From: Nitrospirota bacterium
GTDB lineage: Bacteria > Nitrospirota > UBA9217
DNA length: 64,000 bases
Assembly: GCA_963732675.1 (NCBI GenBank)
Contig: CAVTAJ010000007.1
Span: forward strand, 67,146 to 131,145
Direction of reading: 5' to 3'
Part shown: one piece after another, positions 9,063-18,382 of the stretch
Layout: each line of letters starts with the position of its first letter
Position numbering within the stretch: position 1 is the first letter of the stretch
The notes under the pieces: model-generated
The model's input: only the letters and a program-made list of their open reading frames with translations
What the model was told of the DNA's origin: nothing
Databases searched by the model: none
Made by a program: the position numbers and the translations under genes

Positions 9063-9626
9063 ATTGTAATATTTGCTGTTATTGGCGGTATCCGCTTCCT
9101 ATCCCAATTTGTTCGGCTCAGGGCAGGCCTGCGTCATGAATGTGCCACAGAGTGCACTTTACCCTGTTAACGATTTCTTGTCAAATGGCAGGACATTGGC
9201 CAGTCGAGTTAATTAGGTAGCCCGTTGCCTCTGAAATCCCGAGCGCCACATATTAGGATACGTGATAATCCTTGAGACGGGTTAATGCATAACTTATTGA
9301 TAATATTATCTTTTTAATTGGTTTCACTGTGGAATTGCAACTCCTCAACGGTTTTTCCTGATATCAATGCATTCACACTTGAGAAAAACGATCAATCCGC
9401 AGATTTCGCAGATAGACGCGGATTTTAACCTTGTAAGTCAGGTTTGGTTTAATCGGTGAATTCTATGCAATCTGTGGACTAGATTTTGATCGGAACCATT
9501 ACAAGGAATGTGAAGAAGACAGGGGCAAGTAGCAAGGGGAATGGGTCCAGGTGCAAATTTAACAACTCGGGGCCGATGGAGTAAGGTCCGCAAAGCAATT
9601 TCAGCAACAGCGGCACGCCTCGGTTC

Positions 9627-9655
9627 CCCTTCATCCTTCTTTCGGCGGTGGTATA
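9627..9655 (+). promoter_or_regulatory. Putative sigma70 promoter with extended -10 (TGgTATAAT) for the PEBP gene
   Basis: tggtataat at 9647-9655, with a weak -35 (cttcat) 17 nt upstream. It lies ~75 nt before the ATG at 9729. Confidence 0.4.
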
Positions 9656-9728
9656 ATCATCCTATCATCCTTTTACGGCATTGGAATGAAAATTTGATCT
9701 TAATTACACCATGGAAAGGAGAATTATC

Positions 9729-10278
9729 ATGAAAAAGATGTTTCTAGTTGCAGGACTAGCATTGTTTTTGTGTGTCAACATCGCCGGCGCCGAGGTCTTC
9801 ACCTTGAAAAGCGATCAGATCGGCGGGCAGCTGACCATCGACCAGGTCTACTCGGGATTCGGCTGTACAGGAAAGAACATCTCACCGCAGCTCACGTGGA
9901 TGAACGCGCCGAAGAACACGAAGAGCTTCGCGATCACCGTTTATGATCCCGATGCGCCTACCGGAAGCGGCTGGTGGCACTGGGTGATCTTCAATATCCC
10001 CGCAGATACAGCGGGGCTCGTGACCGACGCCGGGAACCCGCAGAAGAACCTGGCGCCCAAAGGCAGCGTGCAGAGCATGACGGACTACGGCAAGCCCGGG
10101 TTCGGCGGCGCGTGCCCTCCTCAGGGCGACAAGCCGCATCGCTATATCTTCACCGTATTCGCCCTCGACGTGCCCAAAGCTCGATCTGGATGAAAAGGCC
10201 AATGCCGCGCTCGTGGGGTTCATGCTGAACGGGCATGCCATCGAGAAAGCTTCTTTGATCTCGTATTACGGGAGATAG
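9729..10278 (+). CDS. YbhB/YbcL-family PEBP (Raf-kinase-inhibitor-like) periplasmic protein (1 frameshift in this assembly)
   Basis: AAGGAG RBS, signal peptide [21 protein letters not shown], then [17 protein letters not shown] and [12 protein letters not shown]. After VPK the frame breaks; the next frame continues [32 protein letters not shown] to a stop at 10276-10278. Confidence 0.8.
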
Positions 10279-10300
10279 GAAGGCATATCAGCTTTATACG

Positions 10301-10336
10301 ACGGGACCTCCAGGAACGGGAGGTCCCGTTTTTTTC
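10301..10336 (+). terminator. Rho-independent terminator
   Basis: acgggacctcc / ggaggtcccgt forms an 11-bp stem with a 7-nt loop, followed by a T7 run. Confidence 0.85.
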
Positions 10337-10481
10337 TGTAAATGAATATAACAAAATCCCACTCACGTGCAAAGCGCGCTTCAGACAATCCTTCTTTCAT
10401 GGTCTCTTGGTGCGCTTCGCCTGATGTCCTTCATCGTGATCCCTTTCTTTACTCACGACTGACCACATATGCTCTTCACCC

Positions 10482-11815
10482 TCAGGCCGTCTTCCGCGCA
10501 GGCCGCAGGGTCAGAAGATCCGTTACCATGATCAACAGTCCAGCGAAGAAACAGAGGCCGAGAAAGAACGTCACTCCCAGCCAGAGCCGCATGTAGGACT
10601 GGGCGACCATGTAACCCATGCCGAGCACCCGCTCGATATAGGACTGGACGACACCGGCGATGCCGAAGGAGATCCCCATCAGCATCATGGCGGTGGACAT
10701 GGTCCAGAAGGCCGATCTTACCGCGAGACGCATCGTAGACCTCGATCCCCTTGATCTTCGGCATGGCGTAATAGAAGACCATGATGTTCAGGAGCGCATA
10801 GGCCCCGAAGAACGCGAGGTGACCGTGCGAAACCGTGACCTGTGAGCCGTGAGTATAGTAGTTGATCTGCGGCAGGGTGTGCATGAAACCCCATACCCCG
10901 GCGCCGATCATGTGCATCACCGCGCAGCCGATCGCGATGGTCCAGGTGAGCCGGTTCTTGATCTCCAGCTTGCGCTCCTTCACATGGTTCATGGTGTCAA
11001 TGAGCATGAGCAGGATCGGGCAGCGGCTCAAGTGCCGAGAATATCCCGCCGAACCAGAGCCAGTACTTGGGCGCGCCGATCCAGTAGTAATGATGGCCGG
11101 TGCCGACGATCCCGGTAAAGAGGAAGAGACCGATCTCGACGTAGAGCCACTTCTCCACAACCTGCCGGTCCACGCCGGTGAGCTTCATCAGGACGAATGC
11201 GAAGATAGCGGCGGTGACAAGTTCCCAGGCGCCTTCAACCCAGAGATGGATGACCCACCACCAGTAGTACCAGTCGATGACCTCGTTCCGGTAGAACGGT
11301 ATGCCGAACAGGTACAGGAGCGCCAGAAAGAGCAGCCCGCCGAGGAGGGTGCCCTGGATCACGGTCCAGCGTTTCGCCAGGTACATGGTCATGCCGACAT
11401 TGAACAGGAATACAAGCGCGCCCACGACCACAATGAGATCGAGTGACGTCGGTATTTCCAGAAGCGGGCGTCCCTGTGTCCAACCAAAGATAAAACCTAC
11501 GAGAGCAACTACCCCCGTAGCGACCAGGGCGATAAGCTGGAACCAGGCGAGCTTCATTGAGTAGATCTCGCTCTTTGTCTCCTCGGGCACGATGTAGTAC
11601 GTGCCTCCCATGAACCCGAGCAGCATCCAGAGCACAAGCAGGTTGGTATGCATCGCGCGCGCCGTGGCAAAGGAGAATTTATCCACGATCCACTGCGGCA
11701 CGGTAAAGCTGTAACTGAATGCAAGCCAGAGTCCCATGACGACCTGGAGCGTGAACAGGAGCAGGGCAATGGCAAAATACCAGTACGCTATTTTCTGTGA
11801 GCGGTATTCCATCAT
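10482..11815 (-). CDS. norB: Nitric oxide reductase large subunit NorB (cNOR-type heme-copper oxidase; 2 frameshifts in this assembly)
   Basis: Three consecutive frames carry contiguous NorB sequence: ...VIHLWVEGAWEL...GTGHHYYWIGAP...FSALEPLP / ILLMLIDTMNHVKERK...YTHGSQVTVSHGHLAFFGAY... / SAFWTMSTAMMLMGISFGIAGVVQSY. HLWVEG and the His ligands are typical of NOR. Confidence 0.8.
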
Positions 11816-11821
11816 ATCCTC

Positions 11822-12524
11822 CTATTTTAAATTCGCCAGGAACCCGGCGACTTCATCGAATTCTTTTTCAGAGAGTGTCGTTTGCGCAGGCATCAGGGCT
11901 TTGGGGTTCACTGCCTTGGGGTTCTTGATGTAATGTTCGATCTGCTCCATGCTCAGCTTCCGTCCGATCGTATCCAGTGCCGGACCGAAGGTTCCTCCGG
12001 TCCCGTGCAAGGAATGGCAGTTCATGCATCCCCGCGATCTGGAAGACCGCGGCGCCTGGCGAAACCCCCACACCCGCGACCATTCGCTCTTCGCTGCGGG
12101 AGAGGCGCTTCTTGCTGTCCTGCGGAGGCCAGTCTCCGTTATCGATGTTCCCGACCCAGGTAAAGAACGCAATGAGATTGTCGATCTCGGCGTCCGAGAC
12201 TTTCAGATTCGGCATCTTGCGCCACGAGGAGGCTAAGGCCTTCTCCGGATCTTTTATGCGGATCCGGATGCCGTCCTCGCCTATGCGTTGGACGACCTTG
12301 GTGAGATCAGGCGCATAATACGCGCCGAACCCCAGGATGGTATGGCAATCATTGCAGTTGTACTTCTCGAAGGCCCTCTTCCCTTCGACGACCTTGTCCG
12401 AGAGCTTGTCCACATGTGACAGCGTCTCGATCTGGCGATGGGTGTCCCATGTCAGCCACAGGAACACAACTGCCGAGGAAACAGTTCCGATGAAAAAAAT
12501 CCAGAATGCCGTTTTCTTTGTCAT
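11822..12524 (-). CDS. norC: NorC-like cytochrome c subunit with an extra C-terminal monoheme cytochrome c domain (1 frameshift in this assembly)
   Basis: MTKKTAFWIFFIGTV membrane anchor and a first CNDCH heme motif. A second frame then continues with GCMNCHSLHGTGGTFGPALD...IKNPKAVNPKALMP (class I cytochrome c). It lies directly upstream of norB. Confidence 0.75.
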
Positions 12525-12833
12525 TCCGCACCTCCTATTGGTTGTTCGCTGCAATATAAAAAAGAACTCAGATGAGATAGGCTTGAAACATCGCAATAGA
12601 CAAAAATCATCAGAATGAACTATTTAAGAGTATAGCAGAAAGCCACGCGATATGAATTTCACAAAGATGCAATTCGTATCATTTGAAATCGTTTTCTCGG
12701 GTAACGAAATCAGCTAAATCTCGGGAGGGGGATTTTGTGGCGTATTGTTATTGGTAAGGCATTACAGCTTCAATGATCTCTTGCTGTCTCAGGATAGAGT
12801 GTCTTGCCGATGAATCGAGCTTTTGCAATCATA

Positions 12834-14367
12834 TCAGCTCATCCTTCTATCCAGACTCCGGTACTGGATCGCCTCGGAGATATGTTCCGTCGCGATCTTC
12901 TCGCTACCCTCGATATCCGCGATCGTCCTCGCTACTTTCAAAATGCGGTTATACGCCCGCGCCGACAGGCCCAGCCGGTTCATGGCCTTTTCCATCAGAC
13001 TGCAGCGAGTCTTCGTCGATCTTGCAATACTTCCGGATATGCCGCGGCTTCATGTGCGCATTGGCGTAAATGCCGTCGCTCTTGAAACGATCATACTGGA
13101 TGGCCCGCGCCCTGGTGACCCGCTCGCGGATCGCTGATGACGCCTCAGCAGGTTTGTCTGAAGAGATTTCATTGAACTTGATGGCCGGCACTTCGATGTG
13201 GATGTCGATCCGGTCCATGAGCGGGCCGGACACGCGTGACCGGTAGGTCTGTACTTGATGAGGAGTGCATTGACATTGATGCGCAGGATCGCCCCAGTTC
13301 CCGCACTTGCAGGGGTTCATGGCGGCGACAAGCATCAGCGACGCGGGATAGGTGAGCGACGTGATGGCGCGTGAGATCGTGACCTGGCCGTCCTCGAGCG
13401 GCTGGCGGAGGGCTTCGAGCACGTTCCGCTTGAACTCCGGCAGCTCGTCAAGAAAAAGAATGCCGTTGTGCGACAGGCTCACTTCGCCTGGCTTCGGGAC
13501 CTGGCCGCCGCCGATCAGACCGGCATCGGATATCGTGTGATGCGGCGAACGATAGGGCCGTGTCGCGATGAGCGGCTGGCCTTTTTTGAGCAGGCCCATG
13601 ATGCTGTGGATCTTCGTCGTCTCAATGGACTCATCGAAGCTCATCTGGGGAAGGACCGAGGGAAGACGGCGCGCGAGCATGGTCTTGCCCGATCCCGGCG
13701 GTCCGATCATGATGATATTGTGCCCGCCCGCTGCCGCGACCTCGATCGCGCGCTTGGCATGCTCCTGCCCTCTTACTTCAGAGAAGTCTTCCTGATACGC
13801 GGAGTAGGTTTCGAACGCATTCTGAATATTGATGTTCACCGGCTCGACAGCTGCATTGCCGATCAGGAACTCAACCACCTGAGGCAGGGTTTGCATGCCA
13901 AAGATGTTGACAGACTCGACGACCGCCGCCTCCTGCGCATTGTCCGCCGGTATCACCATGCCCCGGTAACCTGCTTTCTTCGCAAGTACGGCCATGGAGA
14001 GCGCGCCCCGGACGGGTTTTACCCTGCCGTCGAGCGAGAGCTCGCCCACGATCAGGTAGCCGCTCACCATCTCCTGCGTGAGAACGCCTTCGGCGATCAG
14101 CATGCCGATAGCGATGGGCAGGTCGAAGGCGGATCCTTCTTTCTTGATGTCAGCCGGCGCGAGATTCACGACAACCTGTTTCAAGGGGAAATCGAAGCCC
14201 GTGTTCTTGAGCGCGGCGCGCACCCGCTCTTTGCTTTCTTTCACGGCCGCGTCGGGAAGGCCCACGGTGGAGAAGAAGGGAAGTCCCCTGCTCGCGATGT
14301 CAACTTCAACCTCAACCGGATAGGCGTCGATACCGAGCACCGCAGCGCTGATGACCTTGGAGAGCAT
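12834..14367 (-). CDS. comM: YifB/ComM-family Mg-chelatase-like AAA+ ATPase (1 frameshift near 13000)
   Basis: [32 protein letters not shown] and LFLDELPEF motifs. After CKIDEDSLQ the frame breaks, and the other frame reads [52 protein letters not shown] to a stop at 12834. Confidence 0.9.
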
Positions 14368-14389
14368 AGGGCTCCTTGATGAATAATTC

Positions 14390-14417
14390 GGAATGTGGAT
14401 TGCGGAATGCGGAATGA
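14390..14417. repeat. Tandem heptamer array (C/T)GGA(A/T)TG x4 upstream of comM
   Basis: cggaatg tggattg cggaatg cggaatg read directly. It has the same unit architecture and length as the purL array at 3890-3917. Confidence 0.9.
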
Positions 14418-14548
14418 GGAGCTATGCATATCTAACTCCTGAAAACTCGCCTGAATAGTATGCGCAGAGAATAGCAGAGAAATGAAGGGATTGTCAAACC
14501 GAAATTGCTGAATGTCTTGACCAGTACTTATCCGTGGCAAAGAACTGC

Positions 14549-16172
14549 TTTTCAAAGATTACTGCTCGAACCGCGTGACAAACGCGCCGATGAACCGCAT
14601 GCTTCGGACATAGTCGGCAAAGGGCACTTCCTTCACCACGCCGCCGCCGGGCCTGTCTTGCACGGTCCTTGTCGCCTGCGGCATGGATCAGGTACGGCTT
14701 GCCGGACTTGATCCGGACGATCGAGAGGTGGGCCACGATCTCCTCAACCACGCGTTTCTTCGGGTCCTTGACCCAGTAGATGATGTCGCCGTCCTGGAGC
14801 TTCTTCTGGAGCGCCCGCGTCGCGAGGACATTTTTCGGCAGGATGTCAACAACGTCTTTGCCGCGCGAGCCCGCGATCTGCCTGGTCGCGCCAAGGTCGG
14901 CGGTGATGTTCTTGCCCCACTTGGCGCTCATGACCATGTCCTCGCCGTACTGAAAGCGCTGGTCGTAGTTCGTGACAAGGCCGTCCGTGACCTTGCCCTG
15001 GGTGATGAACCGCAGGTTGAGCGCCCGGTCAATGGCCTCGCCGGGCGTGCTGGTCTGGGCGAGCTCTACGGAGCGGAAGGTAAGATACATGCAATCGACC
15101 TTTTCATCAGCCACGATGCGGTTGGTGCGCACATAGAGGCCGAGGGGGTCTGGTATCATAGGGTGTGCCGATAAAGCGGCCGGCCCAGGAGGCAATCCGC
15201 TTGTTCAGCGGGAGTTTCGCCAGCCGCGCCTGCGCGAGCAGGATATCATCGGCCGTCATTGCGGCCATGCTCTTCTTTTCGTCCGGCTGCCCGGAGCCGA
15301 TGATCCGGAGACCGTACTGGAGGGAGTTGACGAACCGTCGATCGTGGATCCCGGCGAGCTGCGCCGCTTTTTTATTAGGGATCTGGATAAACCGCCCGTT
15401 CCCCAGGTATAAGCCGAGGTTCTCGCCATAAAAAACGAGGATGTCGCCTGGTTCGAGATCTTTCTTCGACACGCGCTCGGCCTTGCCTTTGAACGAGGCG
15501 TGGTCCGTGCTGAGCAAGACGCCGTGGATCCGGTAGGTGATATAGATCAGGCCGCTGATATCCATGCCCTGTGCGGAAATCCCACCGCTCAGATGTCGCA
15601 CGTTCAGGAATTGCTTTGCTGTCTTTGCGATCTCCTCGGGCTTGGTATCGTTTATGACGGGATCGGTGGGTTTCGCGGGCATGGCTTCTGAAACGTCGAT
15701 GATCGCAACCGACTGGTCGGGGAACTGGACCTTGTGGCCGTTGTCGGTTGTCTGGATCACCGGCAGACGCGTGCCGCGCATACAGCGAAACTTTGTGGTC
15801 ACCGGTCTTGTCCAGGATCATGGCCTCGGCCTTCGGAGCCGTAATAACGATCCACTGCCGGTTTGCGTTCAGGTAGGATCGGCCTTTGTCCTTCGGGATG
15901 TGGACCGCTTCCTGCTGGATCCAGCCCTCCCGGTTTTCCTGGCCCGGGATCGTCACCCGGTAGCGGTTGTCTTGTTTTTCCAGGATCCGCACCTCATCGC
16001 CCATGAGCACCTGCGTTTCCAGCCTGGACTTCGACACCGGCCCTGCATGCACATTAGCAAGCGGAGCGGACACGATCCCCAGATCGCCGTTGCCGGGCTC
16101 CTGACCGGAGCCAGCGACAGGAATGAGAACAGCGAAACAGCAGAGCAGCAGTATGGCGAGTTGTTTTTTCAT
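14549..16172 (-). CDS. Secreted cell-wall hydrolase: SH3-like + NlpC/P60 (C40 peptidase) + DUF1460 amidase-like domains (>=3 frameshifts in this assembly)
   Basis: Signal peptide [23 protein letters not shown]3-like [20 protein letters not shown], NlpC/P60-like [19 protein letters not shown]...GDILVFYG and DUF1460-like [11 protein letters not shown]...[14 protein letters not shown]...HLSIV. Contiguous homology runs across four frames. Confidence 0.6.
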
Positions 16173-16234
16173 CAGGTCGATTCAGGACTGCGAGATGGAG
16201 TACTGCGCTTGCATGCAGTGCGGTACGATAAAAA

Positions 16235-16321
16235 TGGTGCCGAAGGGGGGACTCGAACCCCCATGGGTTGCCCCACACGCCCCTCAAACGTGCGTGTCTA
16301 CCAGTTCCACCACTTCGGCAC
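16235..16321 (-). tRNA. tRNA-Leu (anticodon GAG)
   Basis: GTGCCGAAGTGGTGGAACTGGTAGACACGCACGTTTGAGGGGCGTGTGGGGCAACCCATGGGGGTTCGAGTCCCCCCTTCGGCACCA. It has a 7-bp acceptor stem, anticodon loop TTGAGGG, a long variable arm, TTCGAGT in the T-loop and an encoded CCA. Confidence 0.9.
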
Positions 16322-16342
16322 TTGTGAAAAAACTGATCTTAT

Positions 16343-17293
16343 TTACTTCATCGCCGGCTGTTTCGCAGCGTAACGTACGGTGAGCCAGTCTGCATGCCGG
16401 CTGTCACGGCCGTGGACGATGTCGAAGAACGCGGACTGCAGCTCCTTCGTTACCGGCCCCGGCTTGCCTTCACCGATGCGGCGGTTGTCCACTTCACGGA
16501 TCGGCGTGATCTCTGCGGCCGTGCCGGTGAAGAAAGCCTCATCGGCGACATAGAGCTCGTCCCGCGTGAACCGCTCTTCCACGAGACGCATGCCGCGCTC
16601 GGCTGCAAGCTGCATGATCGTGTCACGGGTGATGCCTTCCAGAATGGACGTGAGCGGAGGCGTCTTGATCACGCCTTTCCGCACCATGAACACGTTCTCA
16701 CCGCTTCCCTCGGCTACGTAGCCGTCGGTATCGAGCAGCATGGCCTCATCGTAGCCGTCCTTGAGCGCTTCGCGCTTGGCAAGCAGCGAGTTCGCATAGT
16801 TCGCCGTGGTCTTGGAGCGGACCATGGTCGCGTTCACATGGGGCCGGTTAAAGGACGAGATCTTCACGCGGATGCCGTTCTTGAGCCCTTCTTCGCCGAG
16901 GTAGCTGCCCCAGGGCCAGACCGCGATCGAGACCTGGACCGGGTTCTCTTTGGGAAAGATGCCCATGGCGCCGTATCCCAGGAACGCAATCGGCCGGATA
17001 TAGCATGCCTCGATCTTGTTCACGCGGATCGTCTCGAGGATCGCTTCTGCCACCGCCTCGCGCGTGAACGGCATCTCCATCTGCAGAATATGCGTTGAGT
17101 CGAAGAGCCGGTCAACATGCTCCTGCAGCCTGAACACTGCCGGACCGGAATCGGTCTTGTAGCAGCGGATGCCTTCGAACACGCCGGTTCCGTAATGGAG
17201 CGTGTGCGTAAGTACATGTACCTTCGCATCGTCCCATTTCACGAACTTTCCGTTCATCCATATCTTTTCTGTGGCCTGAAGCATAGGCGACAT
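16343..17293 (-). CDS. ilvE: Branched-chain amino acid aminotransferase
   Basis: 316 aa with [34 protein letters not shown] and the fold-type IV PLP enzyme pattern. Confidence 0.9.
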   Translation of the reverse strand: MSPMLQATEKIWMNGKFVKWDDAKVHVLTHTLHYGTGVFEGIRCYKTDSGPAVFRLQEHVDRLFDSTHILQMEMPFTREAVAEAILETIRVNKIEACYIRPIAFLGYGAMGIFPKENPVQVSIAVWPWGSYLGEEGLKNGIRVKISSFNRPHVNATMVRSKTTANYANSLLAKREALKDGYDEAMLLDTDGYVAEGSGENVFMVRKGVIKTPPLTSILEGITRDTIMQLAAERGMRLVEERFTRDELYVADEAFFTGTAAEITPIREVDNRRIGEGKPGPVTKELQSAFFDIVHGRDSRHADWLTVRYAAKQPAMK

Positions 17294-17733
17294 TTATAAC
17301 AGCCTGATGCAAAATTGTCAATGGTTTTTTTCCAGTTTTCCCGGCCTTTTCACTCCCGGCCCTCGTAAAAACGATTTATCGTATCTTTCCTCTTCTGCGC
17401 TTCTATTCCCGCACCGGCATCTTTCCCCTTTCGAAAAGTGAACGGGGGAGGGCGACTCACGCTAATCAAATAAAACAATTTCCCTCCCATTTATGGAAGG
17501 GGGTAAAAATAAAGGAGGAGCAATCTTAGTGAATATGACACAATATACCATCATCCTGGGGTACTTTAGCATCCCCCGAGTGGGCTATACGTAGGGCCTG
17601 CACGGGTAGAGTAGTATGACGTGGATTGCGAAGGATATTAGGAAGGTTAAGATTTCAGCGATTATTTTTACGGTAAGATATTCGCTTGTGCTAGAAAGGC
17701 TAATTGGGGGCAACGGTCCATCACGGGACCTTG

Positions 17734-18358
17734 CTAAATAATGCCCTTTTTTCTCGCTATCTTGATGGCGTCGTGCCTGTTTTTTGCCTGCAGCTTCTCG
17801 TAGATGTTCTTGATATGGGTATGCACGGTGTGGGTGCTTATGCTCAATTGCTCGCTGATCTCTTTATAGGTGAGCCCTTCTTCGACGAGCTTGACGATCT
17901 CCTTTTCCCGTGAGGTCAGCAGGAAATCATCACTTGCTACATCATCCTGAAGCTCGTGTATGATCTTGCGGGCAATTTTGGGGCTCATGGGCGCCCCGCC
18001 TTTGTAGAGCGCGTGGATGGACTCTATGATATCCCGCGGGCTGCTGCCTTTGAGCAGATATCCTGAAGCGCCGGCTTTGATCGCAGAAAACACGTTCTCC
18101 CGGTCTTCAAAAACGGTGTGTGCCATGATTTCCAGCCCGGGCATCGATTCTTTGGCTTTTTTGATGAGCTCAACCCCCGACATGCCGGGCAATCCGATAT
18201 CGGTAAGCATCACTTCGGGTTTGGCGCTGCGGAACAATTTTAGCGCCTCCTCGGCAGAGCGGTAAGAGCCGGTAACCGTTATCCCGCCCTCGCCACTCAG
18301 GAGCAGGGTGAGATTCTCAAGAAGCAGTGGGATCATCTTCAACTATAACAAGTCGCAT
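17734..18358 (-). CDS. NarL/FixJ-family response regulator (REC + LuxR HTH; 1 frameshift near 18328)
   Basis: ATG at 18358 gives MRLVIVEDDP, then the frame breaks into LLLENLTLLLSG.... The C-terminal LTSREKEIVKLVEEGLTYKEISEQLSISTHTVHTHIKNIYEKL is a LuxR-type HTH. Confidence 0.85.
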
Positions 18359-18382
18359 GGCCGCACCTTACCATAGAAGAAC

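Noticed and set aside
9063-9710. The 650-bp spacer next to rsmG (and the spacers at 6551-7049 and 61749-61957) as candidate oriC, given the rsmG-parAB and mnmEG context and parS sites.
   Set aside because: There is no cluster of DnaA boxes; the best words (tgtggacta, tgtggaatt, ttatccgaa) have 2-3 mismatches to TTATCCACA. There is no dnaA or dnaN nearby. parS sites only indicate origin proximity, not the origin itself.
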